Shown here piece after piece: positions 1 to 9,605 of a DNA stretch of 64,000 nucleotides (positions within the stretch are counted from its first letter, which is position 1; each line of letters begins with the position of its first letter). Source of the stretch: Candidatus Hydrogenedentota bacterium. Lineage in GTDB: Bacteria > Hydrogenedentota > Hydrogenedentia > Hydrogenedentales > SLHB01. The position numbers were made by a program, and so were the translations under genes. A model generated the notes under the pieces. That model had not been told where the DNA came from. It searched no databases and saw only the letters and a program-made list of their open reading frames with translations. The stretch covers positions 1,312,001 through 1,376,000 of the forward strand of contig CAXXTH010000017.1 of NCBI GenBank assembly GCA_963668025.2. Reading direction: 5' to 3'.

Positions 1-1067
1 AGAAACCATCCAGGAAAACGTGCTGCGCATGGCATCGAGCCGGGTGGCGCAGGACACGCTGCTCCTTATTGACCCTTCGGATCTTTCCAAGAAGTACGCC
101 CAAAAGATGGAGTATCTGGCCACGGTGCACGACGGCAGCGCGCACGATTTGGCCCAGGGGTATTGGACGCTTCACATCGCCGGGTGCGGGGTGGATTCCG
201 ATGGCATGATTCCATTGTATCAGCGGTTATGGTCCGCCGATGCGCCGGGCTTTACCAGCGAGAATGACGAGATTTTGCGCGGGATAGATGCGGTGGCGGC
301 GCACGTGGGCCGCCGCGGCCTGTGGGTCATGGACCGTGGCGGGGACCGCATCAATTTATTTGATGCCCTTCTGGAGCGCCAGCTACGGTTTCTTTTCCGC
401 TTGGTGGGCAACCGGAATGTGCTTCACAAAGGACAGTTGATGCTAGCCGAGAAAGCCGCGAACCATTGCCCCATGATGCACTCCCAAACCATAGCGCGCA
501 TCGAAGATGGAGAAGAGAAGGTGTACACCTTGCGTTTTGGATATTGCGGAGTCCGCCTGCCCGAACGTGCAGAACCCCTGCATTTACTGGTAATTCACGG
601 CTTTGGGGCCAAACCCCTCCTGCTGCTGACCAATGAGCCTCTGTCCAAAAGCTACAAATGCCTATGGCGCATGGTCCGCGCCTACCTCAAACGATGGAGT
701 ATCGAAGAAACCATTCGCTACGCCAAGACCTGCTATGACCTCGATAACGTCCGGGTGCTGAACTACCAAGGCCTGCAAAACTTAATGCCGCTGGTGTTGG
801 CCGCGATGTATTTCGCGGCCTGCGTGCTCGACAACGATTCCCGCTTACGGGTGATGGCTGGTTTTGTAGAAAAGGCCGCCAAACGCCTCTTCGGCATCCC
901 TGATTTCAAGTACTACGCCCTCGCCGACGGATTACGAGCGCTCCTGACCCGATGCCCAGGCGCCCCTGTGACGCCCAAACAACTCTCCAAATCGTCCCAG
1001 ATGACCCTGTTTGCTTTCGATTCCCCATGAAAGCAGTTTCCTCTGTAAATTCTGGGGGGAACTCCTG
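1..1067 (+). mobile_element. IS4-family insertion sequence, right part; probable terminal IR ~1047-1067
   Basis: Transposase stop is followed by AAATTCTGGGGGGAACTCCTG ending in ...CTG (CAG on the opposite strand). The left IR is not in the window, so the end is inferred. Confidence 0.65.
2..1030 (+). CDS. IS4-family DDE transposase (5' end lies outside the window)
   Basis: Frame is open from the window edge. DDE motifs LIDPSD and VMDRGGD, plus the IS4 YREK signature Y-x2-R-x3-E-x6-K (YLKRWSIEETIRYAK). Confidence 0.9.
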   Translation, partial: ETIQENVLRMASSRVAQDTLLLIDPSDLSKKYAQKMEYLATVHDGSAHDLAQGYWTLHIAGCGVDSDGMIPLYQRLWSADAPGFTSENDEILRGIDAVAAHVGRRGLWVMDRGGDRINLFDALLERQLRFLFRLVGNRNVLHKGQLMLAEKAANHCPMMHSQTIARIEDGEEKVYTLRFGYCGVRLPERAEPLHLLVIHGFGAKPLLLLTNEPLSKSYKCLWRMVRAYLKRWSIEETIRYAKTCYDLDNVRVLNYQGLQNLMPLVLAAMYFAACVLDNDSRLRVMAGFVEKAAKRLFGIPDFKYYALADGLRALLTRCPGAPVTPKQLSKSSQMTLFAFDSP

Positions 1068-1079
1068 GCTCAGAAAATC

Positions 1080-1108
1080 TTGAACCATCTGGTTTTATGT
1101 GGTAAACT
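1080..1108 (+). promoter_or_regulatory. sigma70-type promoter of tRNA-Ala
   Basis: TTGAAC-17 bp-TAAACT with an extended -10 TG, 37 bp upstream of the tRNA. Confidence 0.65.
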
Positions 1109-1145
1109 TCTTCTGCTTTAAGAAAACAGTGGAGATTTATTTATT

Positions 1146-1221
1146 GGGGATGTAGCTCAGTTGGGAGAGCGCATGACTGGCAGTCATGAGGTCAGGGGTT
1201 CGATCCCCCTCATCTCCACCA
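1146..1221 (+). tRNA. tRNA-Ala (GGC)
   Basis: 76-nt cloverleaf. Acceptor stem GGGGATG/CATCTCC with the G3:U70 Ala determinant; anticodon arm CATGA-CTGGCAG-TCATG; T-loop TTCGATC; encoded CCA. Confidence 0.98.
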
Positions 1222-1558
1222 ATGTAAGCCATTAAGCCTCAATGACTTACAAAAGATAGTCCTTGAGGATTTTTTAAACCAATTTCCGCCAGAGATCCAG
1301 CAGTCTCCAAAATATCCCTGATAGTTTCACTGTCGTCCTGTCTGTATTTACCTATTTTCCTCAGCCGTGCAAATCCGGGAAATAGTCGTTTGACTAGTTA
1401 GTGTTGCATAGGTTTGAGTAGGGCAATGCCTCGTAACTTTCCTTGATTGAATCACTTCAGCATTCAGGCAATAATCATTGCGGGAGTGCTCCATTTTCGT
1501 GTTGTTATTCGCTTCATTCGAAAACCGGAACCGCCAGTCGTAAAGGGAGGTTACGAAA

Positions 1559-3562
1559 GTGCAGATTCTTCAGATTTTTGTGGTGTTGTGCATCACCAGT
1601 GTAGCTGCCGCGAATCCAGAAGATAGCGATCGTTGGGCCCTGGATTCCGACGCAAGTATTTGCTGGGGCACACCAGACGGCGCGCCGCTCCCGCCGCATC
1701 AAGACCACATCGAAATGAGTGGGCGGCAGGTGTCACTGATTCTGAGTTACGGTGTGGATGAATCCGGCTCACTTCTGTTAAGCCGTCACTTGGTGTGGCC
1801 TATGTTGCGTACGATTCCAAACGACACGCACGCGAGCTTGCAGCAGGATTTTGCATCAGAGGCGTCCGTATCGATGCGCACGTGCGACGGAACCGCTATT
1901 CTGGAACATCCGGTCCAATTTCGTTTGCGTGGTTTATTATCGGTGGTGAGCCGTACCGACAATGGCCTTGAGATCACGCGCACCTTGCTGCCTTGCACCA
2001 ACCTGCCTGCCGTGATTGAAAACTGCGAGATTCGGAACACCGGAGATCAGCCTTGTGCGATAACGCTGGAATGTACGCCCGCTGATATACACACCGACCC
2101 ATCGAAAGGGGTATATGGCGAATACGTGCTCACGTCGCAATACGTAGGGCCGGGCAAAGCGGAGTTAGCGCCGGGCATATCGATGTCATGCAGTGTAATC
2201 TATTCCGGACGCAACGCTACCGACCCGGCGCTCGCATTGAATCCCAAAAAAGAAGAGGAACTTCGCCGGGCATATGTGAACAGCCTGTGGAAAACGCTGA
2301 TTTTCGTTTGTCCTGATCCGGAATTGTTCGTGTCTTTTGCATTCGCCAAGATTCGGGCCGCGGAAAGCATTTTCGCCACGAAGGGCGGGCTCATGCATGG
2401 GCCAGGCGGCGGCGCGTATTACGCGGCCATTTGGGCGAATGATCAGGCTGAATATGCGGGCCCCATCTTTCCATTCCTGGGCGATCCTGGCGGCAATGAA
2501 GCATCGCTGAACGCTTATCGCCATTTTGCGCGGTTCATGAATCCGGAATACAAGCCTATCCCCAGCTCGATTATCGCCGAAGGCGCGGATATCTGGAATG
2601 GCGCGGGCGACCGGGGCGATGCCGCCATGATCGCCTATGGTTCGGCCCGTTTCGCATTGGCGCGGGGCGATCGCGCCATCGCGGAAGAACTCTGGCCGCT
2701 CATCGCATGGTGCTTGGAGTATTGCCAGCGGAAAACCACTCCAGACGGCGTGATCGCATCCAATTGCGACGAGTTGGAAGGACGGTTTCCAGCGGGTGAA
2801 GCTAATCTATGCACCGCGTCGCTTGCCTATGACGCACTGCGTTCCGCCGTGCGGTTAGGCAAGGACTTGGGCAAGCCCGAACCGGAACTGGCTACGTACG
2901 CCGAACGCGCGGACGCGTTGCGCCAAGCCATCGATAAGTATTTCGGCGCGAAGATGGATGGTTTCGAGACGTATCAGTATTATCAGGGCAATCAGGACTT
3001 GCGCGCCTGGATTTGCATTCCGCTGGCCATGGGCATTTTCGACCGTCGCGATGGCACTCTTGCGGCCCTGTTCTCGCCTCGATTGTGGACCGAGGATGGT
3101 TTGGCCACCCAAGCGGGCGAAAAGACTTTCTGGGATCGCGCCACACTCTATGGCATGCGCGGCGCATTCTATGCGGGCGACACGGAGCGCACCCTGCAAT
3201 ATTTCCAGGCCTATTCAAAGCGGCGTCTGTTGGGCGAGCACGTGCCTTATCCCGTGGAAGCATGGCCGGAAGGCAACCAGCGCCATCTCTCCGCGGAAAG
3301 CGCCCTTTATTGCCGCGTGGTTACCGAAGGCCTCTTCGGCATACGCCCAACGGGCCTGCGCACCTTCGAGTGCATGCCACGCCTGCCCCAGGCTTGGCGA
3401 AACATGGCGCTGAAAAATGTGCAGGCTTTTGTCCATCCCTTCGACTTGAACGTACACCGGGAGGATGGCAAGGTTTGGGTGCAGATCACGGCCAACGGGC
3501 AGGAAATGCTGCACGAGCCTTTTGACGGCAGCCAACCGATTATTATGCATATGCCGGAGTGA
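1559..3562 (+). CDS. secreted six-hairpin (alpha/alpha)6 glycosidase-like protein
   Basis: Signal peptide, GGGAGG SD before the GTG start, acidic/aromatic motifs WANDQAEY, DELEGRFP, EGNQRHLSAES, and a C-terminal P-x-LP-x-x-W beta-sandwich as in GH65/78/94-like enzymes. Confidence 0.65.
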   Translation: MQILQIFVVLCITSVAAANPEDSDRWALDSDASICWGTPDGAPLPPHQDHIEMSGRQVSLILSYGVDESGSLLLSRHLVWPMLRTIPNDTHASLQQDFASEASVSMRTCDGTAILEHPVQFRLRGLLSVVSRTDNGLEITRTLLPCTNLPAVIENCEIRNTGDQPCAITLECTPADIHTDPSKGVYGEYVLTSQYVGPGKAELAPGISMSCSVIYSGRNATDPALALNPKKEEELRRAYVNSLWKTLIFVCPDPELFVSFAFAKIRAAESIFATKGGLMHGPGGGAYYAAIWANDQAEYAGPIFPFLGDPGGNEASLNAYRHFARFMNPEYKPIPSSIIAEGADIWNGAGDRGDAAMIAYGSARFALARGDRAIAEELWPLIAWCLEYCQRKTTPDGVIASNCDELEGRFPAGEANLCTASLAYDALRSAVRLGKDLGKPEPELATYAERADALRQAIDKYFGAKMDGFETYQYYQGNQDLRAWICIPLAMGIFDRRDGTLAALFSPRLWTEDGLATQAGEKTFWDRATLYGMRGAFYAGDTERTLQYFQAYSKRRLLGEHVPYPVEAWPEGNQRHLSAESALYCRVVTEGLFGIRPTGLRTFECMPRLPQAWRNMALKNVQAFVHPFDLNVHREDGKVWVQITANGQEMLHEPFDGSQPIIMHMPE

Positions 3563-3694
3563 TGAGCGCCTATAAGCCATTTCTTGATGAAGCGCTCAAA
3601 ATGTATAGCAAAAAACATCCGGTGTTTCTTTAGTGGTAAAAAGTGTTGCTTGTGTTGCACATCCTGTTATCATGCCTTTTGTCGCGCCTACGCG

Positions 3695-5089
3695 TTACGC
3701 CTTATCTGAGAAATGCTTCAGCGGGAAAATGGGTGAAGGTTCCACAGTGGAGAGCGATGCTTCCCATCCGGTCAACAGCTTCCGGTGCGCTTCAATGGTA
3801 TCCGCATATTTCGGCTGATCGAACAGATTCACCATCTCCCAGGGGTCTGCTTTCATATCAAAGAGCTGCTCGATGGGATCATTGGGGTATTTGACGTATT
3901 TGTACTGTTCCGTTCGGAGCATGCGGCCGACGAGCTGGGTTTCGGCCGCGACAAATTCCCGCCACGTCGTGGTTTTGTTTTCAAGGATCGGCCGCAAGCT
4001 ATGTCCTGCCATGTGCGGAGGAGATGGGATGCCTGCCAAGTCGCACATCGTGGGCATGATATCGAGGCCGCTGGCCAGATGCTGGTCGTCTTTCCGGCCG
4101 GACTGGAATTCCTCTGGGTGCGAGATTATCAACGGGACTTTGACGGATTCGTCGTAGGGATACCATTTTTCGACATGGGCATGCCGGCCGGCGCCTTCGC
4201 CGTGGTCGCTTGTAAAGATAATGATGGTGCTTTTGGCCAGTCCAGTGTCCTCCAAGGCGTCCAAGATACGGCCGACGTCGGCATCCAGCATTTCCACCAT
4301 GCGGTAATAACAGTAGAGATAGAACTGCCACTGCTCATCATTAAAATAGCTAACGTGAGTCTTCGCCAATGCCTGGGGCTCTTTTGGAAAGATCCTGTTG
4401 TTGGGCGGCAGCGGAGGCAGTTGGCCCTTCAGGTCTGGAAATGCCAGGGTTTTGGGCGCCAGGACGTCGTGTAGGAAATCGATGGCGTAATAGCAGATAT
4501 CGTGGGGTTGGACGAATCCGGCAAACAACACAAAAGGTTGTTTGCTGGCCCTGGTGCGGAGGTAGGTCTCGCAATTGAGAGAGGTAATCGGATCGACGAG
4601 ATCGCCTTGGGCTTCCCCATTGGGCAGGACGGTCCAGCCTAGGATCTCCGATGGATAGACGCGGGGCAGATGATGTTTGCCCGAATACACCGTCTCATAT
4701 CCATTTAGCCGGAACCATTCCCCCATCGTGGCCACATCGGCATTGATCTCTCGGTTGTTGCTGATAACGCCAGTTTCGACCGGCATGCGGCCGGTCAGCC
4801 AACTGCTGCGGGCGGGCGAGCAAACAGGAGATGTGCTGTGAGATTCCAGGAAAGAAACGCCCTGATGAACCAAGCGATCGATGTTTGGTGTTTGGACATA
4901 GGCGCATCCATGTCCGGAGATGGCGTCCAGGAGTAGTTGGTCGCAGGTGATTAAGGCGAAATTCGGACGTTTCTTGTTGCCGATGGCAAAGGCGGATTGG
5001 CCCGCCCATGCTCCACTTAGGAGAGCGCCCGTGCTGAGTACGCTGGCTTTCATAAAGTTGCGGCGCGTGAGATCGTGTTTGTTCGGCAT
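3695..5089 (-). CDS. Tat-exported sulfatase (formylglycine-dependent)
   Basis: TRRNFMK twin-arginine signal, CSPARSSWLTG (CxPxR), GKHH, SDHG, QLFDMKADPWE. Confidence 0.93.
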   Translation of the reverse strand: MPNKHDLTRRNFMKASVLSTGALLSGAWAGQSAFAIGNKKRPNFALITCDQLLLDAISGHGCAYVQTPNIDRLVHQGVSFLESHSTSPVCSPARSSWLTGRMPVETGVISNNREINADVATMGEWFRLNGYETVYSGKHHLPRVYPSEILGWTVLPNGEAQGDLVDPITSLNCETYLRTRASKQPFVLFAGFVQPHDICYYAIDFLHDVLAPKTLAFPDLKGQLPPLPPNNRIFPKEPQALAKTHVSYFNDEQWQFYLYCYYRMVEMLDADVGRILDALEDTGLAKSTIIIFTSDHGEGAGRHAHVEKWYPYDESVKVPLIISHPEEFQSGRKDDQHLASGLDIMPTMCDLAGIPSPPHMAGHSLRPILENKTTTWREFVAAETQLVGRMLRTEQYKYVKYPNDPIEQLFDMKADPWEMVNLFDQPKYADTIEAHRKLLTGWEASLSTVEPSPIFPLKHFSDKA

Positions 5090-5107
5090 GGTGGAACCTC
5101 CGTATCG

Positions 5108-5842
5108 TTACGCGTCCAGGATGTATGCTTCAAGGCCGCTGACCACCCATAACAGTTGTCCTGATTCCGCGACCCAGTACTCGATGGGTAGCACGCCTTC
5201 ACCGAGTTGTTGATAAATGATCACGCGAACCGGACCGGCGGGCAAGGAGATCGTGGCCGTCTCTCGCTTGCAGAATTTTTGATTGGGGCGGATTTGATCG
5301 CAATGATCAATCAGTAGGAATGAAACTGGCGTATCTCCCGTGGAGGGGAACCGTTGGACGGCGTCAAAAAGAGTCCAACTGCATGTGTAATCGCCCGATA
5401 TAGGAGTCCGGCGTTTGCGCCCCTCTTGATCGGCAAATACGATTTCATTTTTTCGCGCATGCGCGGATTTCCTGAGGTTGGAATGGGCAACTGGCTCGCC
5501 TTCCGGCGTAAAAAACGTGGAAGCGTATTTCCAGTGGATTGGCCGAGACAGCATATCGTCTTCACAGGCAAAATGGGCCTCTATGACTTGTGAGAAGCCG
5601 GCGGTCAAGCGGCGGGTATGACTCAGGTTTATGGACATGCCGCCGCTTTCGTTTGGGGTCCGCACCAGCGTGACGCGGCCCACGCGATTCTGGACGTTCC
5701 CGGCGGTCATGCAGATGTGATAATTGGCGGTCCATTGGCCTTGCATATCTAAAGTCGTGGATGGACCGGCGAAGTCTTTCAGCAGGTGCATAATCGAATG
5801 CGTCGAATAATGATCAGACAACGAAGTTACATCGGCCGTCAT
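5108..5842 (-). CDS. hypothetical protein, co-operonic with the sulfatase
   Basis: ORF with an AGAGGAG SD before the ATG at 5842; no recognisable motif. Confidence 0.6.
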   Translation of the reverse strand: MTADVTSLSDHYSTHSIMHLLKDFAGPSTTLDMQGQWTANYHICMTAGNVQNRVGRVTLVRTPNESGGMSINLSHTRRLTAGFSQVIEAHFACEDDMLSRPIHWKYASTFFTPEGEPVAHSNLRKSAHARKNEIVFADQEGRKRRTPISGDYTCSWTLFDAVQRFPSTGDTPVSFLLIDHCDQIRPNQKFCKRETATISLPAGPVRVIIYQQLGEGVLPIEYWVAESGQLLWVVSGLEAYILDA

Positions 5843-5906
5843 GGCGTCGTCTCCTCTCTGATTTATTGAATGTATATCCGCACACATCGGCGCGGTATGC
5901 AATGCT

Positions 5907-7730
5907 CTATCTCCAGGTTTTTTGGGCATTCTGCGCAACGGCCATGAGCAGCGCCAGCGCTAAGGGCAGCCAGTTCAATGGGAGTGCTTCGGTATCGGAA
6001 GCATCTGGCGTAAAGAGCCCATCCGTCACGCGGATATAGTTAATGTAGGTTGTTCCGGAGAGGCTGCCGCCGCCCCATAATCTGCCGGGCACAATCCTTA
6101 GTTGAGTCACGATGCCATTCCATTCGGGATTATCCCAGAGGTCAAACACATATTTTTCGTAGTTGCTCGCGTAGGGCGTTAGGGCCAGGTGAATGGATTT
6201 TGTCTCATCCCAGGTGGTGTCGGCAGTGGTGATCCAGTAGAGGTCGAGGCCATTGGCGCTGGAATCGTTCATCAGGCTGATGACGATGCTTCGAACATAT
6301 TTGGTGTCGATATTGAGAGAAGCGGGGCTGGTGAGAGAAGCGGGATTTTGCGTTAATGTGGCGGAGATATGCCCATCCGCTACCGAGACATCCGACATGT
6401 TGGCGGCGGTCCAATTTTCTAAGCTGGCCGCATTAAATTCGTATAGTTTCCATCGGGCGCTTGGCGCTAACACGGAACTGACCTTGGCATCGCTTTCCGT
6501 GCATGCCCAATAATTGGAATCGCCTTCCGAATCGAAGGTGTAGAGGCATTCCCCTTGAATTCCATAATTGTTGTATAGGTCCGTCCGGACGTTTTTCAGC
6601 ATGTTGGCTGCTTTCGTAGCGGTTGTCCACCATCCTTTATTCGCGCCGAATTCGGTTACATAGAAAGGTTTTTGTGTTTTGTCGATACTGCTCCATTCCA
6701 TGGTGGCGAGTGCACTGCCCGCGCTCCAGCTATTATTATCAGGATAGAAGTGTATGTCGATGTATGAAATGTCTGGGATGGAAGGGAAGTCCGAAATTCG
6801 TGCAGGCCAGCGGTGGTCGGCCGTGTTGATGGGCAGCAGTCCGTTGAAGCTGGAGTGGCCGACGGCCTGGTTGGTGAACACGCTGCATGTGCATAAAGCG
6901 TCTGGGATGATCTGGCGGATCTGCCGGGCGCTATCGATGATGAACTGGCTCAAACCGATGTCATGGCAGGATTGGCGGCTTTCCGCGCTGCCCATGTCGA
7001 AGGCCCCATCGGCGGTCTGGATGATGCCGGAGGAAAGGCTAAAGGGCTTGGCGTCCGTCATTGAACAGATCTCGTTCCAGATCTCGAAGGATAGAACAGT
7101 GTTCGTGAGTTCGCCGCTATCGGCGGAAGCGATCTCTTGCGCGAATTGCCCCCAATAGGTGGCCACCGCTTGACGGGTGCCTGGGCTGTAGAAATAAGAG
7201 TTCCATCCCGTCACATCCGGCAATTGGCCTTTTTGGGCGATGGAAACATAATAGGTGTTGATGGGGAAGAAGATGCTGGAGATCATGACATATATGTGGT
7301 GGTTGGTGGCGCGGCGCAGGAAATCGAATAGGTTCGCCATGTATGCGGGATACAATTCAATCTGGTTGCGGCCTGACGGCCCAGCTATCGAGTAGTTGCT
7401 GGCCCTCGATGTGCAGTCTATCCATACGCGGACGACGGTATAGCCCTGCTCTTCCATCCATGCGAGCGCCGTTTCCGCTTCCTCGGAATCGTAAACGTTC
7501 TCGTTGAACTGGCACTGGACCCAACTCGCGTCCACGCGCTGAAAGACATTGCCTTCCGGATAGAAGGGCTTGCCAGTATCCGCATAATAAAACGAGCCAT
7601 ATGTTTCGCCGCTTCGGCAGGCGATCTTCGGGAGTTCCGCAAACGCGGGAGCGCATAAGAAAAGCATCACGATGGTGAACGTAAGTACGCACCCATAAGT
7701 GAAGAGGTTCCATTTGCTCGATAAGGCCAT
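5907..7730 (-). CDS. GH5-like (clan GH-A) glycoside hydrolase with CBM-like domain and C-terminal LP-TM sorting tail
   Basis: Signal peptide, VVRVW, FEIWNE (acid/base), DIHFY, VTEFG (nucleophile), W-rich beta-sandwich, tail ALPLNWLPLALALLMAVAQNAQKTWR. Confidence 0.8.
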   Translation of the reverse strand: MALSSKWNLFTYGCVLTFTIVMLFLCAPAFAELPKIACRSGETYGSFYYADTGKPFYPEGNVFQRVDASWVQCQFNENVYDSEEAETALAWMEEQGYTVVRVWIDCTSRASNYSIAGPSGRNQIELYPAYMANLFDFLRRATNHHIYVMISSIFFPINTYYVSIAQKGQLPDVTGWNSYFYSPGTRQAVATYWGQFAQEIASADSGELTNTVLSFEIWNEICSMTDAKPFSLSSGIIQTADGAFDMGSAESRQSCHDIGLSQFIIDSARQIRQIIPDALCTCSVFTNQAVGHSSFNGLLPINTADHRWPARISDFPSIPDISYIDIHFYPDNNSWSAGSALATMEWSSIDKTQKPFYVTEFGANKGWWTTATKAANMLKNVRTDLYNNYGIQGECLYTFDSEGDSNYWACTESDAKVSSVLAPSARWKLYEFNAASLENWTAANMSDVSVADGHISATLTQNPASLTSPASLNIDTKYVRSIVISLMNDSSANGLDLYWITTADTTWDETKSIHLALTPYASNYEKYVFDLWDNPEWNGIVTQLRIVPGRLWGGGSLSGTTYINYIRVTDGLFTPDASDTEALPLNWLPLALALLMAVAQNAQKTWR

Positions 7731-7866
7731 TTTTCATTCTCCTATGGGAAAAGATAGCGTTTATTTTTGGCAGAATTTACAAGCTGAACAAGATTGGACA
7801 AGAGCACCTGCAAGCCGGTATGCCGCTGGCCAAGACAATGCCTGGGCTTGGTTATGTGCTGTCATG

Positions 7867-9591
7867 TTATTCCATTTCTTTCGCTGGCGCGGCTGCGGGA
7901 CGCTCGTTCACTTGAACCTCGATTCTGTCGGGCGTATCGGTTTTGCGGAATTCCACGATATTGTTTTTGAACCGGAACCGGGCCACATCGGGCGGGCCGA
8001 GGAAAGGCTCCAAGGCGGATTTGAGTTCAGGCGCTTTGAAATCATCGATGATGACCCATGCGCCCGGAAGCGGACCTTTTGCGTGGGCGTCGTAAAGCCG
8101 CCGGGCGATGATGCATGTCGCCCCTGAAGCGGTGCGTTCCGCAATGGCGTCAAATGCGCCTGCGCTGAGTGCGTGGCCGCATACCACCATGCATTCGATG
8201 TTTCGCAGGGATTCGGCTCCCACTTCATGGTCAAACACGGCGACGCTGTCAATCGGCACGAAGAAGTCTTCCACCTGTTTCGGATAGATAAACGGATTAC
8301 CGGTGCTAATGGCGCCAGGCCGCGCGACGCCATGGGTTAAGATAGGCCACACATACAGCCACTCGGATGCAGGCTCGTCGAGGGGCATCTCGCGGTTCCC
8401 CAGCAGCCGGTTGCGGGCTTCCGATTCGCCATGGCCGGACCCCGCCGAGAACTGTCCCCATCCGCCATCGGGCAAGCGGATGATGGCGACCCGGGGATCG
8501 TAATCTTGCCAGCGAATGGTGCGGGGATGTGAGGGGGCATATTCTTTTGTAAACTCACGGAACACCTGCCCGTAATTGGTTAACACGTAGTTTTGCGGAT
8601 CACTCCACGCGATGAGCGAACCTTTTGGCGTGGAGAGGGGGTGCCGCGGTCCAGGGCTGTCGTAGTCCAGATTTTCGACATAGATCGTTTCCGCCCCCAG
8701 CCAGTAGGACATCAACATCGCCGAGCGCAATGCCTCCGGCGAATGGCCGGGGTATATGCCCGCATTCCATAGATCCGGGGAGCACCAGAATCCGCCGCAG
8801 TCTTGCTTGTATTGAATCGCCGCGCCCAGCGCGATGGACATGACCGCCGAGCTGAGATGCTCTTTCAGCAATTTAGGCCCGATGATCCATCCGGCGCGCG
8901 CGAAGATGTGGAACAGATCCGGCCAGACTTGCTCGGTTTGGGGAAGCACTTTTCCTTGGTAGTGCTCACGAACCAATCGAGCCGATTCCACAAGGCGCTT
9001 GTAAGCCTCCGGGAGGGGCATGCCGTGGGTGTTCACCCAGTAGGGCTTGTCGAAATCATTTTTAGGCGAGTTGGCGAATTTGTTGTTGGAGAGGATCATA
9101 TGCTCAATTTCGTCATAGGTAATAGATGCTAACGCGGGCGGCCCTGCTTTTTCGGGGGGCAGCACGGGATTCAGCCATTCCATGCGAAGATCCCAATGGT
9201 GTGTTCCATCTGGATGGTCAAACTCATTCACGCCCGGCGTGATTTCTATCGAAGAGATAAAATTGGAACCTTCTACATCCAGCAGGTAGTTCAGGCCATG
9301 CGCACGCATGGCCGCATCGATTTCTTGGATGCGTTTCGCAGTTTCTTCGGAATTGTGTTCTCCCTTGTCCGTGACGCAAGGCAGATGCAGGCATACAAGC
9401 TGGGCGCCAAGCTCGTCTAGGGCTTGATAAAACGGGGGATGGGTCCAAAAGGCTGGCACTTCCAGGGAGGAGCCTGCAAGCGCAATTCCAAGGCGGACGG
9501 GAACGGGCGTGGGGGATGATTCACCGTATGCGGTACGGGGTAGCGCCATACATCCTAGCGCCAATACAGCCAGCATAAAAATGATTCGCAT
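7867..9591 (-). CDS. secreted hypothetical protein, probable GH-like TIM barrel plus GATase-like domain; paralogue of 63200..64000
   Basis: Signal peptide, 574 aa, shares several motifs with the ORF at the window's right end. Confidence 0.7.
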   Translation of the reverse strand: MRIIFMLAVLALGCMALPRTAYGESSPTPVPVRLGIALAGSSLEVPAFWTHPPFYQALDELGAQLVCLHLPCVTDKGEHNSEETAKRIQEIDAAMRAHGLNYLLDVEGSNFISSIEITPGVNEFDHPDGTHHWDLRMEWLNPVLPPEKAGPPALASITYDEIEHMILSNNKFANSPKNDFDKPYWVNTHGMPLPEAYKRLVESARLVREHYQGKVLPQTEQVWPDLFHIFARAGWIIGPKLLKEHLSSAVMSIALGAAIQYKQDCGGFWCSPDLWNAGIYPGHSPEALRSAMLMSYWLGAETIYVENLDYDSPGPRHPLSTPKGSLIAWSDPQNYVLTNYGQVFREFTKEYAPSHPRTIRWQDYDPRVAIIRLPDGGWGQFSAGSGHGESEARNRLLGNREMPLDEPASEWLYVWPILTHGVARPGAISTGNPFIYPKQVEDFFVPIDSVAVFDHEVGAESLRNIECMVVCGHALSAGAFDAIAERTASGATCIIARRLYDAHAKGPLPGAWVIIDDFKAPELKSALEPFLGPPDVARFRFKNNIVEFRKTDTPDRIEVQVNERPAAAPAKEME

Positions 9592-9605
9592 GGGGCGTAT
9601 CTCCG

